Source: Blastocystis sp. Blastoise (lineage: Eukaryota > Protista > Bigyra: Opalinata). From it: 64,000 nt of DNA. Below are positions 32,947-54,052 of the stretch, in pieces. Location: assembly GCA_039096225.1 (NCBI GenBank), contig JBBPEB010000013.1, positions 1 to 64,000 on the forward strand, in the 5' to 3' direction. The position numbers were made by a program, and so were the translations under genes. Position 1 is the first letter of the stretch, and each line of letters starts with the position of its first letter. Under the pieces are notes generated by a model. That model had not been told where the DNA came from. It saw nothing but the letters and a program-made list of their open reading frames with translations, and did not search any database.

Positions 32947-33396
32947 TTATAATTGATATATCTTTTCTTCAAAATTTGGTTGAATCAAAAATTCATCACT
33001 TGATTTTAATATTTTTATAATATCATCAAATTTACTCTGAAGACTTTGCAATATATAATGATAATAAGCATTTTTTTTGCATATATCGTTGTTTTTTCTT
33101 TTTTGTCTAATTCTGAATTCATTAGAATACCTTTTACTTTGTATTTTTTCTTTACAATAAAGTCATAATTAATATATATGTACTTTTTTCTTTTTTATCA
33201 TCTATATTTAGTTTCTTTATAATCGACGGCGTTCTAAAAAAATATTTATATATTATATATAATTACTTTTGAGTACTAGTTTCAACATAATTTTGATTAT
33301 TATTTGATTTATATATACTATTTTCATCTAACATAATATTAAATAATTTTATGTATAATATATTAATAATTCACTATTTTGAATCGAATTATTCAT
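32947..33396 (-). CDS. Small bZIP-like protein B (111 aa, 4 exons: 33375-33396, 33267-33327, 33184-33233, 32947-33149), paralog of A
   Basis: Introns of 47, 33, 34 nt with the same phases (1,2,1) and the same 50-nt exon 3 as gene A: ...KKEKKKIQSKRYSNEFRIRQKRKNNDICKKNAYYHYILQSLQSKFDDIIKIL. Spacing S-x7-R-x9-I. Confidence 0.7.
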
Positions 33397-34073
33397 TTTT
33401 TATATAATATATAAAACCTAATATATATCAGAATATATAAACAGTAATTGCTAAAAAAAATATAAGTCATATAATTTTTTAAATTCAATTATTAGACAAT
33501 AAATGTTGTAACTCTCATATTTCTATTTCTATAAACAACAATTAAAAAAATAGAAACAATATATATATATGTTTTTTTATGGGAAACTTGCTATATTTCT
33601 AAAAACAACTATATTACATGATAATAATAATATAAGTTGTAGAAAATATTATTTAATAAATGATTAAATATATTTAAAAACATTTTATACTTTTTTTAAT
33701 AGTTTTCTGTTCCCTCTCAACATTTTGTGACAATTGAGAAGGCTTCCATAAAAATAGCTTTATTCAGATTTATTATGATTCAACATTATAATATGTTTTT
33801 ATTTATTAAAAATATAAGAAAGTGTCATTTTTTAAGATAAATTCCAAAGAGGCAAAAAATAAAATCTTAGGGAAAATATTAACAAAAGAGAGCATGAATT
33901 CATTGTTTATGTTAAGATCATAAATGTTATATTCTTTTTATCTTTATATATTTCAACAACAAAAACTTAATTATTATAAAAAACAAAACAATAAAATAAA
34001 AGATCTATAATTAATAAATTTGTAATTATATTAATCATGAAATAATAATAATAATCAAGAAAAATAGATTAAT

Positions 34074-35721
34074 TTAGTGATATTTACCATCACCAATTAT
34101 TTTATGCTTTATATTTTTTCTTATATAATTCATAGGAATAAAACCAATTGATTTATAATATTCATATACATCGTATATCGACTTTTGTTCTTCTAATAAG
34201 GACATATCAGGTACTTTTATATTATGATAGCCTTTCAATTCCATTATTTTATTAGAAGAATAATTGGAACGAAATGTATCATTTTGAGTATTCTCAGTTG
34301 GAACAGATGTTATATAACTTTTAGTTCCACATTCAATATTATTTGTTGTACAAAAGCCAATATCTTCACCAAATGATAATGTATACAATTTATATCTTAA
34401 AAATATTTTTGACATCTTTGGAGAATAAAAAATAACATTTCCTACATGATCATATCTCTTATATTTACTTTTTGTTCTGTTAAGAAGAGTTCCATTAGGA
34501 GAAAAAAAATTCAATTCTCCAAATTTCCCATATATAACATTATTATTACCTAGAAGATTTGTTACATTCTTAAAAATATCATGCTCAGCAAGAAAATAGT
34601 CATCATCAATAGCCATAACATATTTCGTATTAAAAATTGAAGAAGTATAAAGTCTAGCATGATATTTCATATTCCAATTTGAAGACCATATATAATATGT
34701 AGAGAAATTAGTATTTTTAAATATATTACTTGGTATTTCAACATAATGAAGACTTTGAAGAATAACTAAGTATTCAGGTAGAATATTTTGAATTGATAAT
34801 CCTTGAATCATTCTTTCAATATTATCTCTTTTATAAACTGGAGTTACAACTGAAATTGAAGGATTCTGTTGAAATTTATAAGTATTACAAAAAAATACAT
34901 ATATTGAATTAGTATAATAGTTATTTCCATTATTATTGTTTTTTAAAAAGAAATTATAATTCATATTGTATTTCTGATTCCTTAAAAATGAATAAATAGT
35001 ATTCATTACAGAAGGAGATTTTAGATTTATTGTTGTATATGTTAATAATTTACGAATCCATATTTGTTTTATTATTAAACATCCTGATAATAATTTATTA
35101 TTATTACTATTTTCTGATATTATACAAGAAAATAAATCGATTTGATTATTTTCTAATAAATATATTGTTTCATCTAACCAATCTGTAGTCATTTGATTTT
35201 GAATTTGAGTATTAATTTCATTTTCATCAATATAGAATACATAATCTTCTTCATAATAAATAGATAACATGAAAGCATAATGATCTAAATCATCATAATT
35301 TTGAAAAATACAATAAGGAAATGAAAAATCATTACAAATTGTATTTTTATAATCTATTGAAGTAGAATTATTGTTTTTATCTCTTTGAATGATAAATATT
35401 TGATCAAAAAGAGATGTTCCATTATAAAATGTAGTAATATCAAGAGTATCAATAGTAATTTTGTTAGTTTGAATGACTAAGGCTATTTTCTTTGGATTAG
35501 TATAAAATCTGATTAAGTTAACATCTATATTATATTAGAGAATAATAATAATAAATACTTTTTTTGGTAGTATTTATATTTGAATAAATTGTTAGGTTGC
35601 TATTAAATTTTTGTATATGAGGAGAAACAAGTATTTTAGTATTATTTTTATAGAAAAAACAAATTGAAATTATAAAAAAGATAATAATAATATGACATTT
35701 GAAATTAGTATGAAGAGACAT
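34074..35721 (-). CDS. GT-A fold (GT2-like) glycosyltransferase with N-terminal membrane anchor
   Basis: ISVVTPVYKR, KYVMAIDDD (DxD), GEDIGF. The hydrophobic N-terminal exon (35530-35721 ORF) is joined by a short intron near 35510-35550. Confidence 0.7.
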
Positions 35722-36517
35722 TTTTTAATGCAAATTATATGTCAAAATATTATTATATATATACATATATTTGCCACTCTATTATATAAATAAAATAGCA
35801 ACAATATTATGACCACAATTTCATTTTAAAATTTTTACATATAATGAAATCAAGATATATAAAAACATTTTTTTATTTTTTTTGAGAAGTATAAAAAAAA
35901 ATAGAAACAATGTGAAATAGTAATAAAAGTATTTGTTAGTCATATATAATTTATTAACAATAAAATAAATCAATTTATATGCTTCGATTATATGATATAA
36001 ACTATTTTTCGACATAAGAGGTGATTTTTTGTGACCATCACAAAAAGTCACTTTTTCTCTGACTTTTATGGTAGAATATAGTAATAAATCTTTTTCGCTG
36101 TCAAAAAATAACAGAAGTGCCACAATTTTTGTGACAATTGCTTCTCAACATAAAGAAGGAACTTAAGGAAGAGACTCATTACAAATGTATACTTAAAATA
36201 AAAAATAAAATATTGTCCTTAACATAAACATGAATGTTATTAATCAAAAATTTTAATACATTATGGTTAATAGTTTTTCATTGGTGAAATTGATTGTCTT
36301 ATTATAATGTTTCTTCATGCATGCATATTTTTTTCTTGCTTATTTCTTTTAACCACAAATTAAAGAATATTTTTGAGAATAACAAAAAGTTTCATCATTA
36401 TTAATTCATATTAATAATAAATATTAATAAAGTCATATAATTACAATTAATTGTTGTAATAATTATTCAAAAGGGAATAGAACCATTTTAAAGAGTTATT
36501 TCTTAGTAGATATAAAA

Positions 36518-38160
<1,643 letters not shown>

Positions 38161-38576
38161 ATATCTATTTTTTATATTATTATCTTTTAGTATTTATAAT
38201 ATTAGATATATTTTTTAATTATTTGTATATAAATGAATTTCTCAAATATATTTAAAAAATATACTTTTTATTTTTCATAATCATTTCAAAAACACAAGAA
38301 TTTCTTGAAATGCTTTTTTTATTAGTTAAGTTCTTTTAATAATTAAGTAAATATAAGTCTTATTTAAAGTAAAAATCAGTCATTATCATGACATTAGTAC
38401 AAATGTGGTGAAGTTTATTGATATCAACGTTTTATATATGATTATGATTACAGAACAGTACCATAAACTATTTTAAAATGTTTTCAATATAAGAAAAATA
38501 TATGTTAATAATATTCAGCTTTAAAAGGTCAGACTTGATAATTGTAATATTTTCTTTAATATTATAAAAAAAACTG

Positions 38577-38580
<4 letters not shown>

Positions 38581-38646
<66 letters not shown>
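38581..38646. repeat. (AT)n microsatellite, intergenic
   Basis: Direct reading. Confidence 0.9.
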
Positions 38647-38653
<7 letters not shown>

Positions 38654-38876
38654 ATAATAAAAATTTCAAACATTATAAATAAGAGTTTAACAAACTAGTA
38701 GATAAATGAAAAATGATTACTAAGTAGATGCAAATAAATGGAAGCTTTGTTTATTTTTTAGTCCTTTTATAAAATAAAAATAATTAATAAAAGACAAGCT
38801 TTTGTATAAAAATGAGATTATTGAATTCATAATATAGAAAACAGAATAGAATAATGAATAATTTAATACAAAAATA

Positions 38877-39418
38877 TTAAAATATATATTTTTCATCTGG
38901 AAGATAATGATCAAAATCAATTCCATCTAAATAATTAATAGCTTCTTGAAATGATGATTTTATATATTCTTTATATAGATAAACATTTTTTAATACTGTA
39001 CATTTCTTGCATCGTAAATATGTAGTCAACAATGTATCTTTCAAGCAATTATCAAAAGTTTCTTTTGGATATTTGACAGTATATTGATTATTTGGATGTA
39101 TTAAATGTAATCTAAACAGCATACTTAGTACGTGTCCAAATTTTTCATAAAAATAAGGTGTATTTCCTTCAATACAAACACTATAAGGTTTTGCAAATAA
39201 TAATGTTATTTCACCTTGACCATGAGAAATACAAATAATATCATTATCATAAACTGCTTTTACTTGATCTTTAAAAGATCTTTTATCAAAATATAAAATC
39301 GTATAGGAAAGACTCTATACATAATAAGAGTGAATAAATAATAAATTATATATAAATTAACAATAAAATATGATAATATTCATAATTATAAAAAGTATTA
39401 ATTAATGAATAAAAAAAT

Positions 39419-39464
<46 letters not shown>

Positions 39465-40927
39465 TTTGAAATCATTCTTCAAAATATGTTCTATTTCATC
39501 AATATTATCAAATTTTCTTCTTCCTAATCTATTAATTACTAATGCATTATATTTTTCTTTTTTATGTCGCTCATAAGCAAATTGAAATTTATGATAAACA
39601 GATGCTCTTATATAATCTGACGTAATAATTTCGGTAAATATACCTCCCAATATTATGTTTTCATTTCTATCAAAAAGCACCTAAATACATTAACTAATTA
39701 TTAAAATATAATAAAAATAAAATATTTATTATAGAAAAATTATAGTTTTATGATAACAATTTTTTTGAAAAAAAATTGTTATAGCAATTGATACATAAAA
39801 ATTATAAACATATCATACAAGTTGATCAAAGCAAACAATTGGATCTTTTTCAATATTTATATTAAATAGCTTTGAAATTTTTTTTCCATAAATAACGCTA
39901 TAATTATAATAAGATCCATATTGCTGAACTACTTTCATAACTTCAAGATTAAATTCTACTTCATCATTTATATTTGGAAATAAAAAGTATTCTATCTAAA
40001 TATATATAATTTTTTATATCCTTATTAAAAATAAAACAATTTACAGGTCCTTGAACATAATTTGGATCTGTAACAATGTTCATTACAGTATAAATAGCTT
40101 CTGCAACATGTCCAATATGTTTTATCCATGCAGCAAAACACATCGCAATGTATTTATTATGAATAACAGGATGTAAATGACTTGGAAATGGAGTTGATAT
40201 TTCTTCAAATTTTGTACCAAATAGATAATATTCAGCTAATAATGTGTATTACAAAATACTTTCATAAAAAATAATTACTTGTTTTTTCAATAATTTCTGT
40301 TATTCTTCGATAATTAGGGTTATCAGAAGGATAATAATAAAGAATTTTATAATTATTTGTATTTAAACAAATATTTGACATATATGCATATTTAAGACCC
40401 ATGTGATATTTAGGCATATATATTTGATAATATGAATAACTTTTATTTCCTCTATATATATAATTTAATATGGAATTAAATTATTTACTTTGACATATCA
40501 TTAATAACAGTATCATTTATTTTTCTAAGTAATTTTATTATTATTTTATTATATTAATAATTTACAGTGGTTTTTCTTTAATTAATTTCTTAGCACGTTG
40601 TATTGATTTCTCATAACTATATATAAAAAAAAATGTTTCTATAAACATAAAAATATACTAATCATAAGTTTTCCAGAATTGTTTTATATTTTCTTTACTA
40701 TATATTATTTTTGTGATATTTTGTTTAATATTCTTATTTAGAATCAATTGTTTGGCATTTGATTCATTTTTTGGATAAAAAATAATATGTCGATGTGATG
40801 AAGAAAAATCATTCTCATTCCATATATATATCCTATTATATTGAGAAAATATAAAAATTTATATTTACAACAAAATCAAGCAAATTGAGCTTATTAAAAT
40901 AATATTTGATTTATTGCTTATTATCAT
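38877..40927 (-). CDS. GT61/DUF563-like glycosyltransferase, multi-exon, copy 1
   Basis: Type II anchor NIILISSICLILLIYIW; YAYMSNICL, HIGHVAEA, VCFDQL, ALVINRLGRRKFDNIDEI, SFKDQVKAVYDNDIICISHGQGEITLLFAKPYSVCIE. Confidence 0.7.
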
Positions 40928-41352
40928 CTTTTCTTTTAAAAATTCTATTTATTAATAGAAAATATTTATCTAATAGATAATAACAAGAAGATAAATTCTT
41001 TAAAAAAATGATATAATTTTATATTTATAAAAAAATTATTAAATTTATAAAAGAATATAATTTGTGATTAAATATTCTATTAGGAATAGGCAAATGATTA
41101 TATTAATAAATTATTTATATATAAAAAATATATATAATATGTATATAACATATGAACTTATTATTCTGAATCATTCGACAAATTATGGAAAAATGTGAAA
41201 AGTATTTGAAATATAAAAATATCTAATATTTATTTTATTCATGTAATTCTTAATTATATTACTTGAATGTATTGACTTAAAGATGATCTGAATAATAATG
41301 ATTAAATTGAAAAAAAAAATGTAAAGATTTTGTTTCTAACAAGAGTTTTAAA

Positions 41353-44336
<2,984 letters not shown>

Positions 44337-45439
44337 GTTTTAAATATTTCAACTTGAAACAATACAATAAGAAAACAAACAAAAATGAAATATTTATTTA
44401 AAAAACAGATGCACAAAGTCCATTGAGTTTCACTTGTACCAAAATGTTCTTTTAAAAGTGACTTTTCTTGTATAATAATATCAAAATGTTTATTTTTAAA
44501 AATTATATATACTTTTTTGTATTCTAATATACTTGTGTTCATACTTCAAACAGGAGAGATTTTAAGTATATATGACAATTAGATTCAATTCACTTTAAAA
44601 GCGATTTATCTTATTTAATTGTATGATATATCACTGTATAAATGAATTCTACGTTCTATTCAGTATTAATAAGAAATTTATACAATTATATTTATTCATC
44701 ATATTCGTAATATTTAGTAAATTTAACATAAAATCTATCATTAAGAGTTATAAACTGTCTATTATATACAAAAAGAAACTACTATTATAATATTTAGAAA
44801 AGTAGACATGAGTAGAGATGCATGGATAGTTTATAAAATATAGATATTTTATATAAATAATAATATATACAAATGGATGTACATGACTAGATATTCTTAT
44901 GGATAAAATAATGCAAAAAAATATATATGTTTGATTAAACTTTATTACCAAGTTGTAATTGATATATATTTATATAGAGTATAGTTTCTAGAGTTAAATT
45001 AAAGAACCAAATTCTAATTTTCATTTTATTACATGTAATTATATTTTATACTCATTCAATATTACTTTTTTTTAAGATTGTCATAGTTATGGTATATACA
45101 TTGATCACCCCATGATATCTTGACTCAACAATAACTTGTACTGAAGATTGAAAGCACATCAAAAAAATGCTTTTTTTCGTGAAAAATAGGGGTAAAAGAC
45201 AGGTCCATAATAGACCTCCAACCCCAAAAGATGGACCTAAATGGACCTCCATGACAAATAGACTTTCATCTGTCAATTACTAAAATTAATAAAAAAAAAT
45301 AAAAATAATAAAATTCATAAAAATAAATCTATTTACATAGAACACACAAGAAATATTTTAGAAAGTTAGTAATCATTGTGTACTAAAAAATAAGATAGAT
45401 TAAATAAACAAAATCAATTTAAAAATTTAAGGGTTAAAT

Positions 45440-47482
45440 CCCATCCGGCAATAAAATGGAGGTGTCGATAACCTTCCGGCAATGGACATGATTTTTCCCT
45501 ACCTTCCGAAATTTTTCTCATTTTTTGTTACCTTTAGGCAATTGATACCATTTTTGTATACCTTTAGACAATTGATGTCATTTTTGTATACCTTTAGTCA
45601 ATTGATTTCTTTTGTTTACTATTAGTCAATTGCTGTCATTTAATATTCATTAGTCAATTGATGTCTTTTTATATACCATAAGTCATGACACCTTTAAAAC
45701 CTACCCAAACAACATTTTTAATTTTTAATGTATCTATTCAATTCACTATTTTATTATATCATTAGTAAAATATACTTTTAATTTTGCTAATTAGTCATTC
45801 ATTTAATTTTATATATTTATAGTTATTTAATAGCATTTCTAATAGATTAGAAATATATTGTTTTTTGAGTTATATATTATTTTAATACCTATGACAGCTT
45901 GCTGTTATTATAGATAACAAATTCTAATAAATAATAACGTAGTTTATGTGAGAATTGGAAATCCATATTATTATGAAATTGGTCTTTAGTAATTAACTGT
46001 GAGTATAACTTGTTTGTGTATTTAGTATGTTAGATTTTATGCTTTATTAACTAACTAATAGCTTTCATTCTGAATTTTATTTTATGAAAGTATATATTTT
46101 TTTCTCTATTATATGATAATATTTGACTATTTTTCTGACTTTTCTCTAAAACAAATGAAAAAACGAAAATAAACACTGCATCAATGATGTTCACGAATAT
46201 TTATCATGTATGTTTTCGTAAGAAGTTCAGTTTCTTATAATACTCATCTCTCATATAATAATGTAAATCAAAAAACTTTTTTTATTACTATTTTAGAATA
46301 CATATATTTCATAATTGATTTTTATAAGCAATTATCTTATTTAAAAGCGTTATACTTGCTTTAATCATTAAATTGAATACAACCAATAAAATAAATGGAA
46401 TATATATTAAATATATACTCCAAAACTTATTTTTTTATAAATTAAAAATTAATTTCTATTATAGAATTCGTTTATTATTGAAAAAATATTTATTTAAATA
46501 TTCTATTTAAAAAATATATATGCAGCAACACATAGACTATTATTTTATCATAGTATACTCTCTAAACGCATTTCTTTTATTGTTAGTATATAATATAACC
46601 AAAATGTTCACTGATTTATTAAGTTGAAAACATTTTCTTCGCAATTCTATTATAATAAACAATGTGTCTTGTTGGGAATAACTATAAAATGCTATAAACA
46701 ACAATAATGACCAAATTATTGACAATCTGTGAAGTCTGGTTTCGAAGTAAGTACTTTATTTAAAAAAGAAATCTACCAAAATACTTATTTACAAAATAAT
46801 TAAATGGAGGAATACTTAGAAAATGTATAACGACAAAATATGAAAAAGTAATGTGGAGTTTTTTAAAAGAATTGATGATTTATGTATCATAGCAGATGGA
46901 TTTTATTGATATTATGCTATTATAGTATACCGTATATATAATAATACGATCCAAAAAATAGAAATAAAAATAAATACGTAAAGACATAATAGTGATTTCA
47001 AAAAAATATCTAATTTAAATAACAGAATTATTATGAGTATTAGAGAGTAGCAAACGATGTGCAAAAAATTGACAAAAAAATAAATCAATAATAAAACTGA
47101 TTATTAGTTAATAAGAGATAGAAATGACTAATTAGCAAAATTAAAAGTATATTTTACTAATGATATAATAAAATAGTGAATTGAATAGATACATTAAAAA
47201 TTAAAAATGTTGTTTGGGTAGGTTTTAAAGGTGTCATGACTTATGGTATATAAAAAGACATCAATTGACTAATGAATATTAAATGACAGCAATTGACTAA
47301 TAGTAAACAAAAGAAATCAATTGACTAAAGGTATACAAAAATGACATCAATTGTCTAAAGGTATACAAAAATGGTATCAATTGCCTAAAGGTAACAAAAA
47401 ATGAGAAAAATTTCGGAAGGTAGGGAAAAATCATGTCCATTGCCGGAAGGTTATCGACACCTCCATTTTATTGCCGGATGGG
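45440..47482. mobile_element. Putative TIR/foldback element at the palindrome centre (CCCATCCGGC...GCCGGATGGG) with ~30-bp subterminal CAATTG repeats
   Basis: GC-rich terminus-like sequence followed by tandem cctttag.caattga.gtcatttttgtata units at 45530-45690 and 47232-47392. TIR status cannot be separated from the larger inverted duplication. Confidence 0.4.
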
Positions 47483-48585
47483 ATTTAACCCTTAAATTTT
47501 TAAATTGATTTTGTTTATTTAATCTATCTTATTTTTTAGTACACAATGATTACTAACTTTCTAAAATATTTCTTGTGTGTTCTATGTAAATAGATTTATT
47601 TTTATGAATTTTATTATTTTTATTTTTTTTTATTAATTTTAGTAATTGACAGATGAAAGTCTATTTGTCATGGAGGTCCATTTAGGTCCATCTTTTGGGG
47701 TTGGAGGTCTATTATGGACCTGTCTTTTACCCCTATTTTTCACGAAAAAAAGCATTTTTTTGATGTGCTTTCAATCTTCAGTACAAGTTATTGTTGAGTC
47801 AAGATATCATGGGGTGATCAATGTATATACCATAACTATGACAATCTTAAAAAAAAGTAATATTGAATGAGTATAAAATATAATTACATGTAATAAAATG
47901 AAAATTAGAATTTGGTTCTTTAATTTAACTCTAGAAACTATACTCTATATAAATATATATCAATTACAACTTGGTAATAAAGTTTAATCAAACATATATA
48001 TTTTTTTGCATTATTTTATCCATAAGAATATCTAGTCATGTACATCCATTTGTATATATTATTATTTATATAAAATATCTATATTTTATAAACTATCCAT
48101 GCATCTCTACTCATGTCTACTTTTCTAAATATTATAATAGTAGTTTCTTTTTGTATATAATAGACAGTTTATAACTCTTAATGATAGATTTTATGTTAAA
48201 TTTACTAAATATTACGAATATGATGAATAAATATAATTGTATAAATTTCTTATTAATACTGAATAGAACGTAGAATTCATTTATACAGTGATATATCATA
48301 CAATTAAATAAGATAAATCGCTTTTAAAGTGAATTGAATCTAATTGTCATATATACTTAAAATCTCTCCTGTTTGAAGTATGAACACAAGTATATTAGAA
48401 TACAAAAAAGTATATATAATTTTTAAAAATAAACATTTTGATATTATTATACAAGAAAAGTCACTTTTAAAAGAACATTTTGGTACAAGTGAAACTCAAT
48501 GGACTTTGTGCATCTGTTTTTTAAATAAATATTTCATTTTTGTTTGTTTTCTTATTGTATTGTTTCAAGTTGAAATATTTAAAAC

Positions 48586-51573
<2,988 letters not shown>

Positions 51574-51998
51574 TTTAAAACTCTTGTTAGAAACAAAATC
51601 TTTACATTTTTTTTTTCAATTTAATCATTATTATTCAGATCATCTTTAAGTCAATACATTCAAGTAATATAATTAAGAATTACATGAATAAAATAAATAT
51701 TAGATATTTTTATATTTCAAATACTTTTCACATTTTTCCATAATTTGTCGAATGATTCAGAATAATAAGTTCATATGTTATATACATATTATATATATTT
51801 TTTATATATAAATAATTTATTAATATAATCATTTGCCTATTCCTAATAGAATATTTAATCACAAATTATATTCTTTTATAAATTTAATAATTTTTTTATA
51901 AATATAAAATTATATCATTTTTTTAAAGAATTTATCTTCTTGTTATTATCTATTAGATAAATATTTTCTATTAATAAATAGAATTTTTAAAAGAAAAG

Positions 51999-53462
51999 AT
52001 GATAATAAGCAATAAATCAAATATTATTTTAATAAGCTCAATTTGCTTGATTTTGTTGTAAATATAAATTTTTATATTTTCTCAATATAATAGGATATAT
52101 ATATGGAATGAGAATGATTTTTCTTCATCACATCGACATATTATTTTTTATCCAAAAAATGAATCAAATGCCAAACAATTGATTCTAAATAAGAATATTA
52201 AACAAAATATCACAAAAATAATATATAGTAAAGAAAATATAAAACAATTCTGGAAAACTTATGATTAGTATATTTTTATGTTTATAGAAACATTTTTTTT
52301 TATATATAGTTATGAGAAATCAATACAACGTGCTAAGAAATTAATTAAAGAAAAACCACTGTAAATTATTAATATAATAAAATAATAATAAAATTACTTA
52401 GAAAAATAAATGATACTGTTATTAATGATATGTCAAAGTAAATAATTTAATTCCATATTAAATTATATATATAGAGGAAATAAAAGTTATTCATATTATC
52501 AAATATATATGCCTAAATATCACATGGGTCTTAAATATGCATATATGTCAAATATTTGTTTAAATACAAATAATTATAAAATTCTTTATTATTATCCTTC
52601 TGATAACCCTAATTATCGAAGAATAACAGAAATTATTGAAAAAACAAGTAATTATTTTTTATGAAAGTATTTTGTAATACACATTATTAGCTGAATATTA
52701 TCTATTTGGTACAAAATTTGAAGAAATATCAACTCCATTTCCAAGTCATTTACATCCTGTTATTCATAATAAATACATTGCGATGTGTTTTGCTGCATGG
52801 ATAAAACATATTGGACATGTTGCAGAAGCTATTTATACTGTAATGAACATTGTTACAGATCCAAATTATGTTCAAGGACCTGTAAATTGTTTTATTTTTA
52901 ATAAGGATATAAAAAATTATATATATTTAGATAGAATACTTTTTATTTCCAAATATAAATGATGAAGTAGAATTTAATCTTGAAGTTATGAAAGTAGTTC
53001 AGCAATATGGATCTTATTATAATTATAGCGTTATTTATGGAAAAAAAATTTCAAAGCTATTTAATATAAATATTGAAAAAGATCCAATTGTTTGCTTTGA
53101 TCAACTTGTATGATATGTTTATAATTTTTATGTATCAATTGCTATAACAATTTTTTTTTCAAAAAAATTGTTATCATAAAACTATAATTTTTCTATAATA
53201 AATATTTTATTTTTATTATATTTTAATAATTAGTTAATGTATTTAGGTGCTTTTTGATAGAAATGAAAACATAATATTGGGAGGTATATTTACCGAAATT
53301 ATTACGTCAGATTATATAAGAGCATCTGTTTATCATAAATTTCAATTTGCTTATGAGCGACATAAAAAAGAAAAATATAATGCATTAGTAATTAATAGAT
53401 TAGGAAGAAGAAAATTTGATAATATTGATGAAATAGAACATATTTTGAAGAATGATTTCAAA

Positions 53463-53510
<48 letters not shown>

Positions 53511-54052
53511 ATTTTTTTATTCATTAATTAATACTTTTTATAATTATGAATATTATCATATTTTATTGTTAATTTATATATAATTTATTATTTATTCACT
53601 CTTATTATGTATAGAGTCTTTCCTATACGATTTTATATTTTGATAAAAGATCTTTTAAAGATCAAGTAAAAGCAGTTTATGATAATGATATTATTTGTAT
53701 TTCTCATGGTCAAGGTGAAATAACATTATTATTTGCAAAACCTTATAGTGTTTGTATTGAAGGAAATACACCTTATTTTTATGAAAAATTTGGACACGTA
53801 CTAAGTATGCTGTTTAGATTACATTTAATACATCCAAATAATCAATATACTGTCAAATATCCAAAAGAAACTTTTGATAATTGCTTGAAAGATACATTGT
53901 TGACTACATATTTACGATGCAAGAAATGTACAGTATTAAAAAATGTTTATCTATATAAAGAATATATAAAATCATCATTTCAAGAAGCTATTAATTATTT
54001 AGATGGAATTGATTTTGATCATTATCTTCCAGATGAAAAATATATATTTTAA
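51999..54052 (+). CDS. GT61/DUF563-like glycosyltransferase, copy 2
   Basis: Mirror of 38877-40927. Confidence 0.7.

Noticed and set aside
33720-36140. TTTTGTGACAATTG on both sides of the GT2 gene, plus a small hairpin near 36021-36051
   Set aside because: Only a 14-bp match in AT-rich DNA; no TIR/TSD structure could be established
45430-45437. piggyBac-like end AGGG-TTAA (mirror at 47485-47492)
   Set aside because: No partner end or transposase found; the second occurrence is only the palindrome mirror
45800-47122. Gene in the palindrome spacer
   Set aside because: Only short stop-ridden frames; I could not build a spliced model or recognise a family
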